This document shows, in pieces, positions 10,625 to 19,898 of a stretch of DNA of 64,000 bases. The DNA is taken from contig CAWGJT010000010.1 of the NCBI GenBank assembly GCA_963822965.1, positions 544,001 to 608,000 of the forward strand, given 5' to 3'. The translations under genes and the position numbers were made by a program. The notes below the pieces were generated by a model. The model worked only from the letters and a program-made list of their open reading frames with translations, did not search any database and was not told where the DNA came from. Position 1 is the first letter of the stretch, and each line of letters begins with the position of its first letter. This DNA is from an uncultured delta proteobacterium. Its GTDB lineage: Bacteria > Myxococcota_A > UBA9160 > UBA4427.

Positions 10625-11689
10625 CGCCGGAAGGCGCGGCCGAGACCGTCAAGCGCCTCGCGGCGGCCGTGGGCTTCGATCTCGTCGGGATTGCCCCCGC
10701 GCAGCCCACGCGCGAGACGCGCTTCCTGCGCGAGTGGGTGCTTCGGGGCTACGGGGGGCCGCCCGGCGGCCCCCTCGACTACATCCTGCGCCGGCTCGAC
10801 CTGCGCGAGGATCCGCGGCGGGTGCTGTCGGGCGCCCGCAGCGTCGTGGCGCTCGGGCTGGTGTACGACGACGCCGCAGCCGACGCGTCGCCGCCCGGCG
10901 CCGCACGCGTCGCCCGCTACGCGCGCGGGGACGACTACCACGAGGTGATCGGCGACCGCCTGCGCGCGCTCGTCGCCGCGCTGGAGGTCTGGCAGGAGCG
11001 GCCCCTGGAGACGCGCCACTACGTCGACACGGGGCCCGTGCAGGAGCGGGCCCTGGCGGCCGAGCGCCGGCCTCGGCTGGATCGGCAAGAACACCATGCT
11101 GATCCACCCCGCGCTGGGGTCCCACGTCTTCCTCGCCGTGCTGCTCACCGACCTCGAGCTGGCGCCCGATGCGCGCGAGCCGGACCACTGCGGCACCTGC
11201 CGCGCGTGCCTCGACGCGTGTCCCACCCAGGCCTTCGTCGAGCCGCACGTCCTCGACGCCACGCGCTGCCTCTCGTACACCACCATCGAGGATCCGGGTC
11301 CGATCCCCGAGGCGCTGCGCGAGGCCCAGGGCAGCTGGCTGTTCGGGTGCGACGTCTGCCAGGACGTGTGTCCCTTCAATCGGCGCGGCGGACGGAGACC
11401 CCCGCCCGATCCCCTGGGCCTGCGCGAGCGGCTGGCCGCGCGGGAGGAGTGGCTCGCCCCGGCCCTGGAGTGGGTGCTCGGCCTCGACGAGTCCGCCTGG
11501 CGCGAGGCGACCCGCCGCAGCGCCCTGCGTCGGGCCCGCTGGCGGGGGCTGATGCGCAATGCGCTCGTGGTGGCGGGCAACCTGGGGGATCCGCGCCTCC
11601 GCCCGCTGGTCGAGGCGCACGCCCGGGGCGACGATCCGGTGCTGGCCGAGCACGCGCGCTGGGCGCTGGCGCGTCTGCGATCCGCCTGA
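10621..11689 (+). CDS. queG: tRNA epoxyqueuosine(34) reductase (frameshift near 11065)
   Basis: RYARGDDYH, YVDTGPVQER, GWIGKNT, CGTCRACLDACPT and FGCDVCQDVCPFN. Confidence 0.92.
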
Positions 11690-11747
11690 TGCCGGGGGCG
11701 AGGTCGCACGAGAGGTCGGGGGAGCCGGCTCCCGGTGCCGCCCCGGG

Positions 11748-12338
11748 TCAGGCTCCGCCCGGCTTGCGCGCCAGCAGTCGGGCCGTCACGTCGCCGTCCC
11801 GCGCGCCTTCGTCGTAGGCGCGCACCTCGAGACCCGGAAACAGGCCGCGCAGCTCCTGCGGCTCGAGCAGGAAGGCCGGATTGCACGGGTGGCCCCCGCG
11901 TTCGCGCTGGCCCGTCGTGAACGTCTCGTAGAGCAGCCAGCCGCCGGGTGCCAGCAGCCGCTCGATCGCCGGCGCCAGCGGGCGATAGAGAAAGCGAAAC
12001 ACGAGGACTGCGCCGCAAGACGCCGGTAGAAAAGGAATTTCCAGGCCGGCCTCCAGGTCGAATCGCAGGCACTGGAGGGGCAGTCGCTGCTCGCGTGCCT
12101 GCTCCTGCAGCGCCCCCAGGAAGTCCGCGTTGCGATCCACGGCCAGAGTGGACAGGCCGGCCCGGGCGGCGGCCAGGGCGTGGCGGCCGCGGCCGCAGGC
12201 GAGATCGGCGACGGGACCGCGCCGCGCCGCGTCCCGCAGCAGCAGGAGATGCGTCTCGAAGAAGGGCGAGGGCGCGAAGGGCGCTTCCGGGCTCACGGCT
12301 CCGCGGTGCCGACTGCGAGGGGGGTCACGCGCGGTCAC
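11748..12338 (-). CDS. Class I SAM-dependent methyltransferase (TehB-like)
   Basis: VADLACGRGRHA, AVD, FRFLYR, LAPGG.LLYETF and NPAFLL. Confidence 0.8.
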   Translation of the reverse strand: MTARDPPRSRHRGAVSPEAPFAPSPFFETHLLLLRDAARRGPVADLACGRGRHALAAARAGLSTLAVDRNADFLGALQEQAREQRLPLQCLRFDLEAGLEIPFLPASCGAVLVFRFLYRPLAPAIERLLAPGGWLLYETFTTGQRERGGHPCNPAFLLEPQELRGLFPGLEVRAYDEGARDGDVTARLLARKPGGA

Positions 12339-13167
12339 CCCGCTCGGCGCGCACGCGGACCGCGCGCTCGGGGAAGTCCGTCACCAGACCGTCCACGCCG
12401 AGGTCGAGCAGGCGCTCCATCTCGGCGGTCTCGTTGATGGTCCAGACGTGCACCGCGATGCCGTGGCGATGGGCGTGCTCGAGCAACGCGGGCGTGACCA
12501 GGTCGCGGTCGCCGAAGGCCGTGGGGATCTGCAGGGCCTGGATCTCGGGCGGCGGCGGCTTGCCCTCGACGGCGGAGCGCACGACGGCGACGACGTCGGA
12601 CACCGATGCGCTGGTGGCGGCGCCCACCCGCTGGCGGGTGAGCTCTTCGCGCAGGGCGCGCATGATGGCGTCGTCCCCGGCCGTCAGCAGCGTGCGCTCG
12701 GCGCGCTCGAAGCGCGCCACCAGCGCGACGACCGCCGCGACGGCGTCGTTCTGGGCGGTCTTGATCTCGAGGTTGAAGCGGGCGGCTGGGAACGCCGCGA
12801 AGGCCTCCTCGACGCTCGGGACCCGCAGGCCGCGCCCGCGGAATGCCGTCGCGTCGTCGGGCTCGGTCCGGCCGCGGTCGTCGATGCCGAAGTGGTAGCC
12901 GGCGTCGAGGCGGGCGAGCGCCTCCCGGGACAGTGCGGCCACCGGGCCCACGCCGTCGCACACGCGCCTCACGTCCGCATCGTGAAGCAGCACGGGCACG
13001 CCGTCGGCGGTCACCTGGACGTCGCTCTCCACGGCGTCGGCACCCTGGGCAATGCAGCGCTCGAAGGAGAGCAGCGTGTTCTCGGGCGCACGGCCCGCGG
13101 CGCCGCGATGACCGAGGATCATCGGATGTCCCGCGTCGAAGGACGAGAAGTAGGGGTGACCCATCAT
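12325..13167 (-). CDS. Glycerophosphodiester phosphodiesterase
   Basis: GHRG...APENT, ESDVQVTADGVPVLLHD, NLEIK, HVWTIN and GVDGLVTDFP. Confidence 0.92.
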   Translation of the reverse strand: MMGHPYFSSFDAGHPMILGHRGAAGRAPENTLLSFERCIAQGADAVESDVQVTADGVPVLLHDADVRRVCDGVGPVAALSREALARLDAGYHFGIDDRGRTEPDDATAFRGRGLRVPSVEEAFAAFPAARFNLEIKTAQNDAVAAVVALVARFERAERTLLTAGDDAIMRALREELTRQRVGAATSASVSDVVAVVRSAVEGKPPPPEIQALQIPTAFGDRDLVTPALLEHAHRHGIAVHVWTINETAEMERLLDLGVDGLVTDFPERAVRVRAERGDRA

Positions 13168-13190
13168 CGATACGGTACTCTACCGCCCGC
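13168..13190. promoter_or_regulatory. Putative bidirectional promoter with overlapping -10 hexamers
   Basis: 23-nt divergent gap; TACCGT on the minus strand (13172-13177) overlaps TACTCT on the plus strand (13176-13181); no SD on either side. Confidence 0.45.
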
Positions 13191-13703
13191 ATGGCCGTCC
13201 TGACCCGCGAGGTGATCCTGCGCGAGATCGAAGCGGGTCGCTTGTCGATCGATCCGTTCGCGCTCGATCAGGTGGGCGTCGCCTCGATCGACCTCACCCT
13301 GGGCGACGAGATCCGGGTCATCGAGAACGGCCCGACCCCGGTCGAGATCCTCGCCGAGACGGACTTTCGCGACCACACGCGGGTGCTGAGCCTGGGCGAC
13401 TCCTTCGTGCTCGAGCCCGGCGTCACCATCCACGGCATCACCCGGGAGCGCATCACGTTGCCGCCGGACCTGTGCGGCTTCCTCGAGGGCCGCAGCCGCT
13501 TCGCGCGCCTGGGGCTGATGGTTCACGTCACGTCGGCGTTCGTGCAGCCAGGCGTCTCGAATCGGCAGGTGCTCGAGATGAGCAACGTCTCGAGCCGCGC
13601 GCTGCGCATCCACGCCGGCGTTCGGGTCTGCCAGATCGTCCTGATGCGGACGGAAGGGCAGGCCGTGTATCACGGTCGCTTCGCGACCCAGGACGAGATC
13701 TGA
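13191..13703 (+). CDS. dcd: dCTP deaminase
   Basis: ASIDLTLG, T.ERITLP, EGRSRFARLGL.VH, VQPG, LEM.N and VCQI. Confidence 0.88.
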   Translation: MAVLTREVILREIEAGRLSIDPFALDQVGVASIDLTLGDEIRVIENGPTPVEILAETDFRDHTRVLSLGDSFVLEPGVTIHGITRERITLPPDLCGFLEGRSRFARLGLMVHVTSAFVQPGVSNRQVLEMSNVSSRALRIHAGVRVCQIVLMRTEGQAVYHGRFATQDEI

Positions 13704-13778
13704 GCGGTCAGCGCCCCGCTGGGGCGCTGACTTGCAACCTGAGGACAACGCTGAGCGTTGTCCTCTTAGGAGACGCTC

Positions 13779-14216
13779 GTGCGGGCCGTCGTCCAGCGCG
13801 TGCGCGAGGCCCGGGTGCGGGTGGCGGGCGAGGTGGTCGCCGAGATGGGCCCGGGACTGCTGTGCCTGGTGGCCGTGCGCCAGGGCGACGGGAGCGGGCA
13901 GGCCCGGGAGCTGGCGCGCAAGCTCGTCCACCTGCGCGTGTTGCCGGACGAGGCGGGGCGCATGAACCGCTCGCTGCTCGACGCCGGAGGCACCCTCGGC
14001 GTGGTGTCGCAGTTCACGCTGTACGGCGACTGCTCCAAGGGAAGGCGGCCGTCCTTCGGAGACGCGGCGCCGCCGGAGCTGGCCGAGCCCCTGCTCGAGG
14101 AGCTGATCGGCTGTGCGCGCGCCGAAGGTGTGCCCGTCGTCACCGGTCGCTTCGGCGCCCACATGGACGTCGAGCTCGTGAACGCGGGGCCGGTGACACT
14201 GCTGGTCGACGTCTGA
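13779..14216 (+). CDS. dtd: D-aminoacyl-tRNA deacylase
   Basis: MRAVVQRV, VSQFTL, KGRRPSF and FGAHMDVELVN.GPVT. Confidence 0.95.
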   Translation: MRAVVQRVREARVRVAGEVVAEMGPGLLCLVAVRQGDGSGQARELARKLVHLRVLPDEAGRMNRSLLDAGGTLGVVSQFTLYGDCSKGRRPSFGDAAPPELAEPLLEELIGCARAEGVPVVTGRFGAHMDVELVNAGPVTLLVDV

Positions 14217-14261
14217 CAGCGCGCTGCGAAGCGTCCCCATTGCTCTCCTTCGGCCTCCCCA

Positions 14262-14795
14262 TTGCTCTACCACCTCGGAAGCGGCAGACTCCCGCGCCGG
14301 GGGAAACGGCGGTTTAGCGCCGATAAGGAGAGGGAATGGACACCCGTACATCTGCAAGCCGGTCCGCAGGACCGGAACAGCCTTCGAGACCATGAGGGGG
14401 GTCGCGCGCGCGTTCTCGTGGCGACCTGCGTGCTCTGCGCCGCACTGGCGCTGGCACCGGCCTCGGCCATCGCGGGCGAGACGGCCGAGATCTCCAAGAA
14501 CGCCGGCGTTGGAGTCGGCTCCGCGTTGGCGAGCCTGGTCTACGCGCCGGTGAAGCTCTGCTACGCGATCGGTGGGCTGGTGATCGGCGGCCTCGCCTGG
14601 GGCTTCTCGGGCGGGGACAACAACGTCGCCATGGTGGTGCTCACGCCGAGCGTGCTCGGCGACTACGTGGTCACGCCCGATCACCTGAGGGGCAAGAGCA
14701 CCCTCGAGTTCTTCGGCCGCGACCCGAAGTACGCGCCCGAGCAGGTCGATGTGGCCGCCTCGCCGCCCGATCCCGACTACGACGCGGCCTGGTAG
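14262..14795 (+). CDS. Hypothetical exported/membrane protein (true start uncertain, probably about 14336-14420)
   Basis: Signal-peptide-like VLVATCVLCAALALAPASAIA, then a Gly-rich hydrophobic hairpin and an acidic tail; high-GC3 codon usage from about 14400. Confidence 0.65.
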   Translation: MLYHLGSGRLPRRGKRRFSADKEREWTPVHLQAGPQDRNSLRDHEGGRARVLVATCVLCAALALAPASAIAGETAEISKNAGVGVGSALASLVYAPVKLCYAIGGLVIGGLAWGFSGGDNNVAMVVLTPSVLGDYVVTPDHLRGKSTLEFFGRDPKYAPEQVDVAASPPDPDYDAAW

Positions 14796-14819
14796 CCCGA
14801 TTCGGATGCCGCCTGGTAG
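14772..14819 (+). repeat. 24-bp tandem duplication of a gene 3' end including the stop codon (PDYDAAW* / PDSDAAW*)
   Basis: cccgactacgacgcggcctggtag followed by cccgattcggatgccgcctggtag. Confidence 0.75.
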
Positions 14820-14998
14820 CCCCGGCTCCAGGCCGGCGCGCACGGTACGGGCCGCTACGGCCGGGGCGGGTCCCCGGCCGTAGCGGCCTTCTCAAGTGCG
14901 GGAGGCGCACGAAGGGCCTGCTCGCGATCGAGCCGAGCCGGGCGCGGACCCCGTTTGACGCCGAAGTTCCAGGGCAGGACACTAGGGCCCAAGCGCCC

Positions 14999-15772
14999 AT
15001 GCCCGAACTCTTCTCACAGGTGCCGCTGGCCTTCGCGGCCGGCCTGCTCTCGGTCTTCTCACCCTGCGTGATGCCGCTGATGCCCGCCTACCTCTCGCTC
15101 GTCTCGGGCATCTCCGTCGAGGAGATGCAGGAGGGGCGTTCGGACGCCGCGCTGCGGCGGCGCGTAATGCGCGCGTGCTTCGGCTTCGTCTCGGGCTTCT
15201 CGCTGGTCTTCGTGCTGATGGGGATCGGTGCCGTGGCCATCGGCCAGGCGATCCGCACCTGGCGGGCGGACGTGTTCGGGGTGGAGTTCGGCGTCGCCCA
15301 GCTGGCGGGCGTGCTGATCGTGCTGCTGGGCATCCACATGACGGGGCTGCTGCCGATCCGCGCCCTCTACCGGGACGCGCGCATCGACTTCAAGATGAGC
15401 GAGCGAAGCTTCTCGTCCACCTTCCTGGTGGGGGCGGGCTTCGCGTGCGGCTGGTCGCCGTGCATCGGTCCCATCCTCACCACCGTGCTGGCGCTCGCGG
15501 GCAGCCGCGACACCGTGGCCGAGGGGACGCTGCTGCTGGCGGTCTACTCGGCGGGGCTCGCGATCCCGTTCCTCGCCGCGGGCTGGAGCATCGAGTACTT
15601 CTTCCGCGCGTTCGCGCGGGTCCGCCAGCACTTCCGCAAGCTGGAGCTGGCCTCGGGGCTGCTGCTCATGGCGGTCGGAACCCTGCTCGTGACGGGGCAG
15701 CTGGCCAGCCTGAACAGCCACTTCGCGTTCCTCACGCGCTTCGTCACCGCCGCCGAGCGGGCCATTCAATGA
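14999..15772 (+). CDS. ccdA: Cytochrome c biogenesis CcdA (DsbD-beta-like)
   Basis: AGLLSVFSPCVMPLMPAYLS, GWSPCIGPIL and YSAGLAIPF. Confidence 0.92.
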   Translation: MPELFSQVPLAFAAGLLSVFSPCVMPLMPAYLSLVSGISVEEMQEGRSDAALRRRVMRACFGFVSGFSLVFVLMGIGAVAIGQAIRTWRADVFGVEFGVAQLAGVLIVLLGIHMTGLLPIRALYRDARIDFKMSERSFSSTFLVGAGFACGWSPCIGPILTTVLALAGSRDTVAEGTLLLAVYSAGLAIPFLAAGWSIEYFFRAFARVRQHFRKLELASGLLLMAVGTLLVTGQLASLNSHFAFLTRFVTAAERAIQ

Positions 15773-16317
15773 GGGCGTGGCGAGGACCCTGCGCGCTGCT
15801 GCTGGGCATGCTGCTCGTTGCGGGATGCGACGACGCGCGGCCGGAGCCGGCGGCCGAGAGCGCGGCGCAGACCTCGGTGTCGGCCACCGAGCGACCGGCG
15901 GCTCCCGAGTTCGCGCTCGCGTCCCTGGCGGGTGACGTCGTCCGGCTGGCCGACCTGCGCGGCAAGACCGTGATCATCGACTTCTGGGCCACCTGGTGTC
16001 CGCCGTGCGAGTTCCAGGTGCCCGAGCTGAACGCCTTCTGGCAGGAGCACGCGAACGACGGCGACGTGGTGCTGCTGGGGGTCTCGGTGGACGCCGACGG
16101 TCCCGAGGTGGTGCGCGACTGGGCGCGGGACAAGGGGGTGCAGTACGAGGTGCTGGTGGGCGGCGAGGACCTGGCTCGTCGCTTCGGCGCCCTGGGCTTC
16201 CCCAGCCTGTACGTGATCGCGCCGGACGGCACCGTGGCCTCCGAGCACATCGGGCTGATCGAGGTGGGGACGCTCGAGGAGGCGCTGGCCCGCGAGCGCG
16301 AGCGGGACGCCGGCTGA
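15769..16317 (+). CDS. TlpA/ResA-family thiol-disulfide oxidoreductase, lipoprotein
   Basis: Lipobox LVAG-C; DFWATWCPPC; cis-Pro GFP; ATG overlaps the ccdA stop. Confidence 0.9.
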   Translation: MRAWRGPCALLLGMLLVAGCDDARPEPAAESAAQTSVSATERPAAPEFALASLAGDVVRLADLRGKTVIIDFWATWCPPCEFQVPELNAFWQEHANDGDVVLLGVSVDADGPEVVRDWARDKGVQYEVLVGGEDLARRFGALGFPSLYVIAPDGTVASEHIGLIEVGTLEEALARERERDAG

Positions 16318-16504
16318 ATCCGAATCGGAAGCCGTCCTCCCGGGCGTTGCCGCGGTGCCCCTGCGCGGGAGCCGCCCCGAGGCCGTCCTAAAGCCCGGAC
16401 CGCGATCGGACGATTCGCCCCGAGAGCGCGTTCCCACCCGGTCGCACCCGGCTCTCGGCCGCCGCCGGACGGGGCAACGCCCGGCGGAACCGGAGGGGCA
16501 GAGC

Positions 16505-17128
16505 GTGGCTGGCGAGAACACCCAGATGCTCGTGCGCGATACCTACGAGCGCTCGTTCGAGGCAGGCTCCGTCATCTTCGAGGAGGGCGACCCCGGCGAG
16601 GTGCTCTTCGTGATCCAGGCCGGCGAGGTCGAGCTGACCCGCCTCGGGCTGATGGGGCGCCAGGCCGTGGCTCGGCTCGGCTGCGGCGACTTCTTCGGCG
16701 AGATGAGCGTGGTCGTCCGGGAGCCGCGCACGGCCCGCGCGGTCGCCATCAGCGACTGCCGATTGATCGAGCTCGACGGGGCCACCCTCGAGGCGATGTG
16801 CGTGGAGCGACCCGAGATCGCGATTCGCATCATCCGCCGCCTGACCGACCGGCTGATCGACTCGGAGCGCCGGCTCTCCGCGCTCGGGGTCGACGATCTG
16901 CTGCGACCCGTGGTGCGGGCGATGGTCCGCAACGCGAACGCCGAGGGCGAGGGCTTCCGGATTCCCGGCACCCTGCGCAGCCTCGCCGACGAGTCGGGCC
17001 TCAGCATGATGGAAGCGCACCGGGCACTGCACCAGCTGCTCGACCAGAAGCTCGTCCGCCTGGTGGACGACGTGCTGACCGCGCCCGATCTCGAGAAGCT
17101 CTCCGCCTGCCTCGACAGCCCGGCGTGA
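16505..17128 (+). CDS. Crp/Fnr-family cyclic-nucleotide-binding regulator
   Basis: IFEEGDPG.LFVIQ.GEV, FFGEM and PRTA.A; C-terminal HTH-like region; SD-like GGAGG before GTG 16505. Confidence 0.82.
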   Translation: MAGENTQMLVRDTYERSFEAGSVIFEEGDPGEVLFVIQAGEVELTRLGLMGRQAVARLGCGDFFGEMSVVVREPRTARAVAISDCRLIELDGATLEAMCVERPEIAIRIIRRLTDRLIDSERRLSALGVDDLLRPVVRAMVRNANAEGEGFRIPGTLRSLADESGLSMMEAHRALHQLLDQKLVRLVDDVLTAPDLEKLSACLDSPA

Positions 17129-17213
17129 GACCCGGCGCCACGGTGGGCCCCCACTGCTCGCGTTGACCCTGCGGGAACGACTCTGATAGCGTGGCCCCAC
17201 GCTCGCTCCGGGT

Positions 17214-19763
17214 GTGGGGGGCACTCCTCTGTCGCTGCGTCGAGAGCCGCATGGAGAGTCGCCGCGTCGCGTCGCGCGCCGGGCTGCGGCTCTCGTCCTG
17301 CTGTTGCTCCTCCGGGCGGGCGACGCCCGGGCGCTGCCCGACCACGAGCTGCGGCGGGACGTCCCCACCGAGATCACCGCAGACCGCATCGTCTACGAGA
17401 CGCAGCGCCAGGTCTACATCGCCGAGGGGTCGGCGCACGTGGTGCAGGGCGAGCGCCGCATCGACGCGGATTGGCTGGTCTTCAACCGCGTCACGCGGCG
17501 CGGCATCGCCGTCGGGAACGTCCGGGTGGACGACGGGACCGGCGTGCTCGAGGCCCGCTTCGTCGAGTTCGACGCCCGGGGACAGCAGGGACTCGTGGTG
17601 GACGGCCGCCTCGACATGGGCGAGGGCGACTTCCGCATGGCGGCTCGCGAGCTCGAGAAGACCGGCGAGGAGACCTACACCGCCCGGGACGCGAGCTTCT
17701 CCACCTGCCGTTGCCCGGACGAGGAGTCGCGCCTGCCCTGGCAGGTGAACGCCGAGGACGCGGACGTCGAGCTCGGCGACTACGCCACCGTCAAGAACGC
17801 CACCGTCGACGTGCTGGGCGTGCCCGGGGTGTGGCTGCCGTGGCTGATGTTCCCGGTGAAGACCGACCGGGCGAGCGGAGTGCTGCCACCCGAGTTCAAG
17901 ATCGGCGGGGGCAACGGCTTCGACGTGGCGCTGCCGTTCTTCTGGGCCGCGCGGTACAACGTGAACGTGGTCCTGACGCCGCGCTACCTGACCTCCCGCG
18001 GCTTCAAGCCCGAGCTCCAGGTGGAGACCGTCTATGGCGAGAAGTCCTGGACCAACCTCTACCTGAGCTACCTGCACGACCAGAATCCCGATCAGGCGAC
18101 CCTGACCCGGCTCGTGCCGCCCGTGCCGCCCGAGACGACGCCCGAAGAGACGACGGTCAAGAAGGACGTCTACAACCCCAACCGCTGGGCCGTCCTCTTC
18201 GACAACGACGTCTACGCCCCGGCCGACGTCCGCCTGCGCACGGACATCCAGGTCGTCTCCGACAACGAGTACCCCCGCGACTTCGACGAGCTGCGGAACG
18301 AGCGGCGCGACCGCTTCCTGGAGTCGACGGCCTTCGGGTTCCGTCACTTCGGCGCCGACGGGAGCGGCGCCGTGGTGGTCTCGGCGCTCTATCGCGACGA
18401 CCGGCAGAACCCGGACCGGGTCGACCGGGACAAGTTCCTGCTCCAGCGGGCGCCCGACGTGCAGCTCGGCTGGATGCCGACCCGCGTCGAGTCGCTCGGC
18501 GGCCTCGAGCTCGGTCTCGACGCGGACTACACCGACTTCTGGTCGTACCGGAAGGCGCAGAACGTGCTCGATCTCACGCCCATGAGCGGCGGCGTCGTCG
18601 GCGACGACCTCTTCCTGGACATCGGCATCGCCGCCGTGCCCGACGCCATCCCGCCGGAGCAGAGCTTCAAGTTCGGGGTCGACGACGGCCGCTTCGAAGA
18701 GGGGGAGCCGCTGGCCGACCGCGGCCAGCGGGTGATCCTGAATCCGCACCTGGGTCGGCCGTTCCGTCTCTTCGACGCGCTCGAGGTGAAGCCCGAGGTC
18801 GGCTGGCAGCAGGCGCTCTACACCACCGAGGCGCAGAGCTTTGCGGACCGCGGCGTGCTGACCGGGCGCTTGGACCTCACGACGCAGCTCCTGGGAGAGG
18901 CCGACCTGCCCGGGCTGCCGCCGCTTCAGCACCTGCTGGAGCCCCGGGCTTCCTGGGCCTACCTGCGCAAGATGAGCGGCCACCAGGAGGGGAACCCGCT
19001 CTTCGTTCCCCGCACGGCGGTGCCCCAGCGGCGCATCCGCCAGCTGAGCCTCGACAACGTCGTCCTCGACGCGGCGGACCGGGTCTTCGACGCGAACGTC
19101 GTCACCCTGGGCTTCGGCAACCAGTTCTACCGCGGCGAGGGGGAGGCCCGGGCGCTGGCCGGTCAGCTCGACTTCTCGGTGGCCTACGACTTCGCGCGCG
19201 GAGGCGACTTCCAGCTCGCCGTCGCCGACGGCCAGATCTTCGCCGCACAGGGGATCCGGACCCGGTTCAACGTGGCATACGACATCGACCACACGCGCTT
19301 CGATCAGGGGCTCTTCGACGTGGCCCTGCCCCTGGAGCACCGCCTGGGACTCAAGCGGAGCAGCTACGTGAGCCTGGGCTATCGCTACCGCCAGGCCGTC
19401 CCGCTCTTCTTCGAGAACTTTCGCAGCGTGCAGGACGTGGATTCCATCGGCGGGGGATTCAACCACTACCGCAACGATTTCTCCCGCATCAACCAGGTGA
19501 CCGCCTCGACGCGCCTGCGGCTCACCGACAACTGGGCCGTCGAGTACCAGATGGGATACAGCCTCCACCGCTCGATCCTGCTCACGAACCGTGGCGGGCT
19601 CGAGTACACGTCCACGTGCCAGTGCTGGGCGGTTCGGGTCCAGGCGGAGAACGACCGCGCCCGGGGCTTCCAGGCGGGCGTTCAGTTCCAGGTGCTCGGC
19701 TTCGGGGCCGACCCGGCCAATCCCTTCCAGGGCGGTGGGCTGATCGGCTTCGGCCTGTTCTGA
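17214..19763 (+). CDS. lptD: LPS-assembly outer-membrane protein LptD (start approximate)
   Basis: EITADRI.Y, FSTC.C, W...A, R.SG.LPP, LPFFWA and TPRYLT.RG; C-terminal CQCW; about 850 aa. Confidence 0.88.
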   Translation: MGGTPLSLRREPHGESPRRVARRAAALVLLLLLRAGDARALPDHELRRDVPTEITADRIVYETQRQVYIAEGSAHVVQGERRIDADWLVFNRVTRRGIAVGNVRVDDGTGVLEARFVEFDARGQQGLVVDGRLDMGEGDFRMAARELEKTGEETYTARDASFSTCRCPDEESRLPWQVNAEDADVELGDYATVKNATVDVLGVPGVWLPWLMFPVKTDRASGVLPPEFKIGGGNGFDVALPFFWAARYNVNVVLTPRYLTSRGFKPELQVETVYGEKSWTNLYLSYLHDQNPDQATLTRLVPPVPPETTPEETTVKKDVYNPNRWAVLFDNDVYAPADVRLRTDIQVVSDNEYPRDFDELRNERRDRFLESTAFGFRHFGADGSGAVVVSALYRDDRQNPDRVDRDKFLLQRAPDVQLGWMPTRVESLGGLELGLDADYTDFWSYRKAQNVLDLTPMSGGVVGDDLFLDIGIAAVPDAIPPEQSFKFGVDDGRFEEGEPLADRGQRVILNPHLGRPFRLFDALEVKPEVGWQQALYTTEAQSFADRGVLTGRLDLTTQLLGEADLPGLPPLQHLLEPRASWAYLRKMSGHQEGNPLFVPRTAVPQRRIRQLSLDNVVLDAADRVFDANVVTLGFGNQFYRGEGEARALAGQLDFSVAYDFARGGDFQLAVADGQIFAAQGIRTRFNVAYDIDHTRFDQGLFDVALPLEHRLGLKRSSYVSLGYRYRQAVPLFFENFRSVQDVDSIGGGFNHYRNDFSRINQVTASTRLRLTDNWAVEYQMGYSLHRSILLTNRGGLEYTSTCQCWAVRVQAENDRARGFQAGVQFQVLGFGADPANPFQGGGLIGFGLF

Positions 19764-19898
19764 GCGCGCCGACCCCCGGCCGCGGCGGTCGAGACGTCGG
19801 TTGACGCCCCCCCGGGCCTGGGGTACCAACCGGAATCGTTCGGCTTTCTGCCATCTTCCCCACGTTTCCCCGCGTGCTCCGGGGTCCCAGAGGCTGGG

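Noticed and set aside
17001..19829. Long antisense ORFs (e.g. 17001-19829, 26866-29256, 32434-34170, 52213-55038, 57758-59695, 59813-61762)
   Set aside because: Shadow frames opposite well-supported genes, expected in high-GC DNA; no recognisable motifs.
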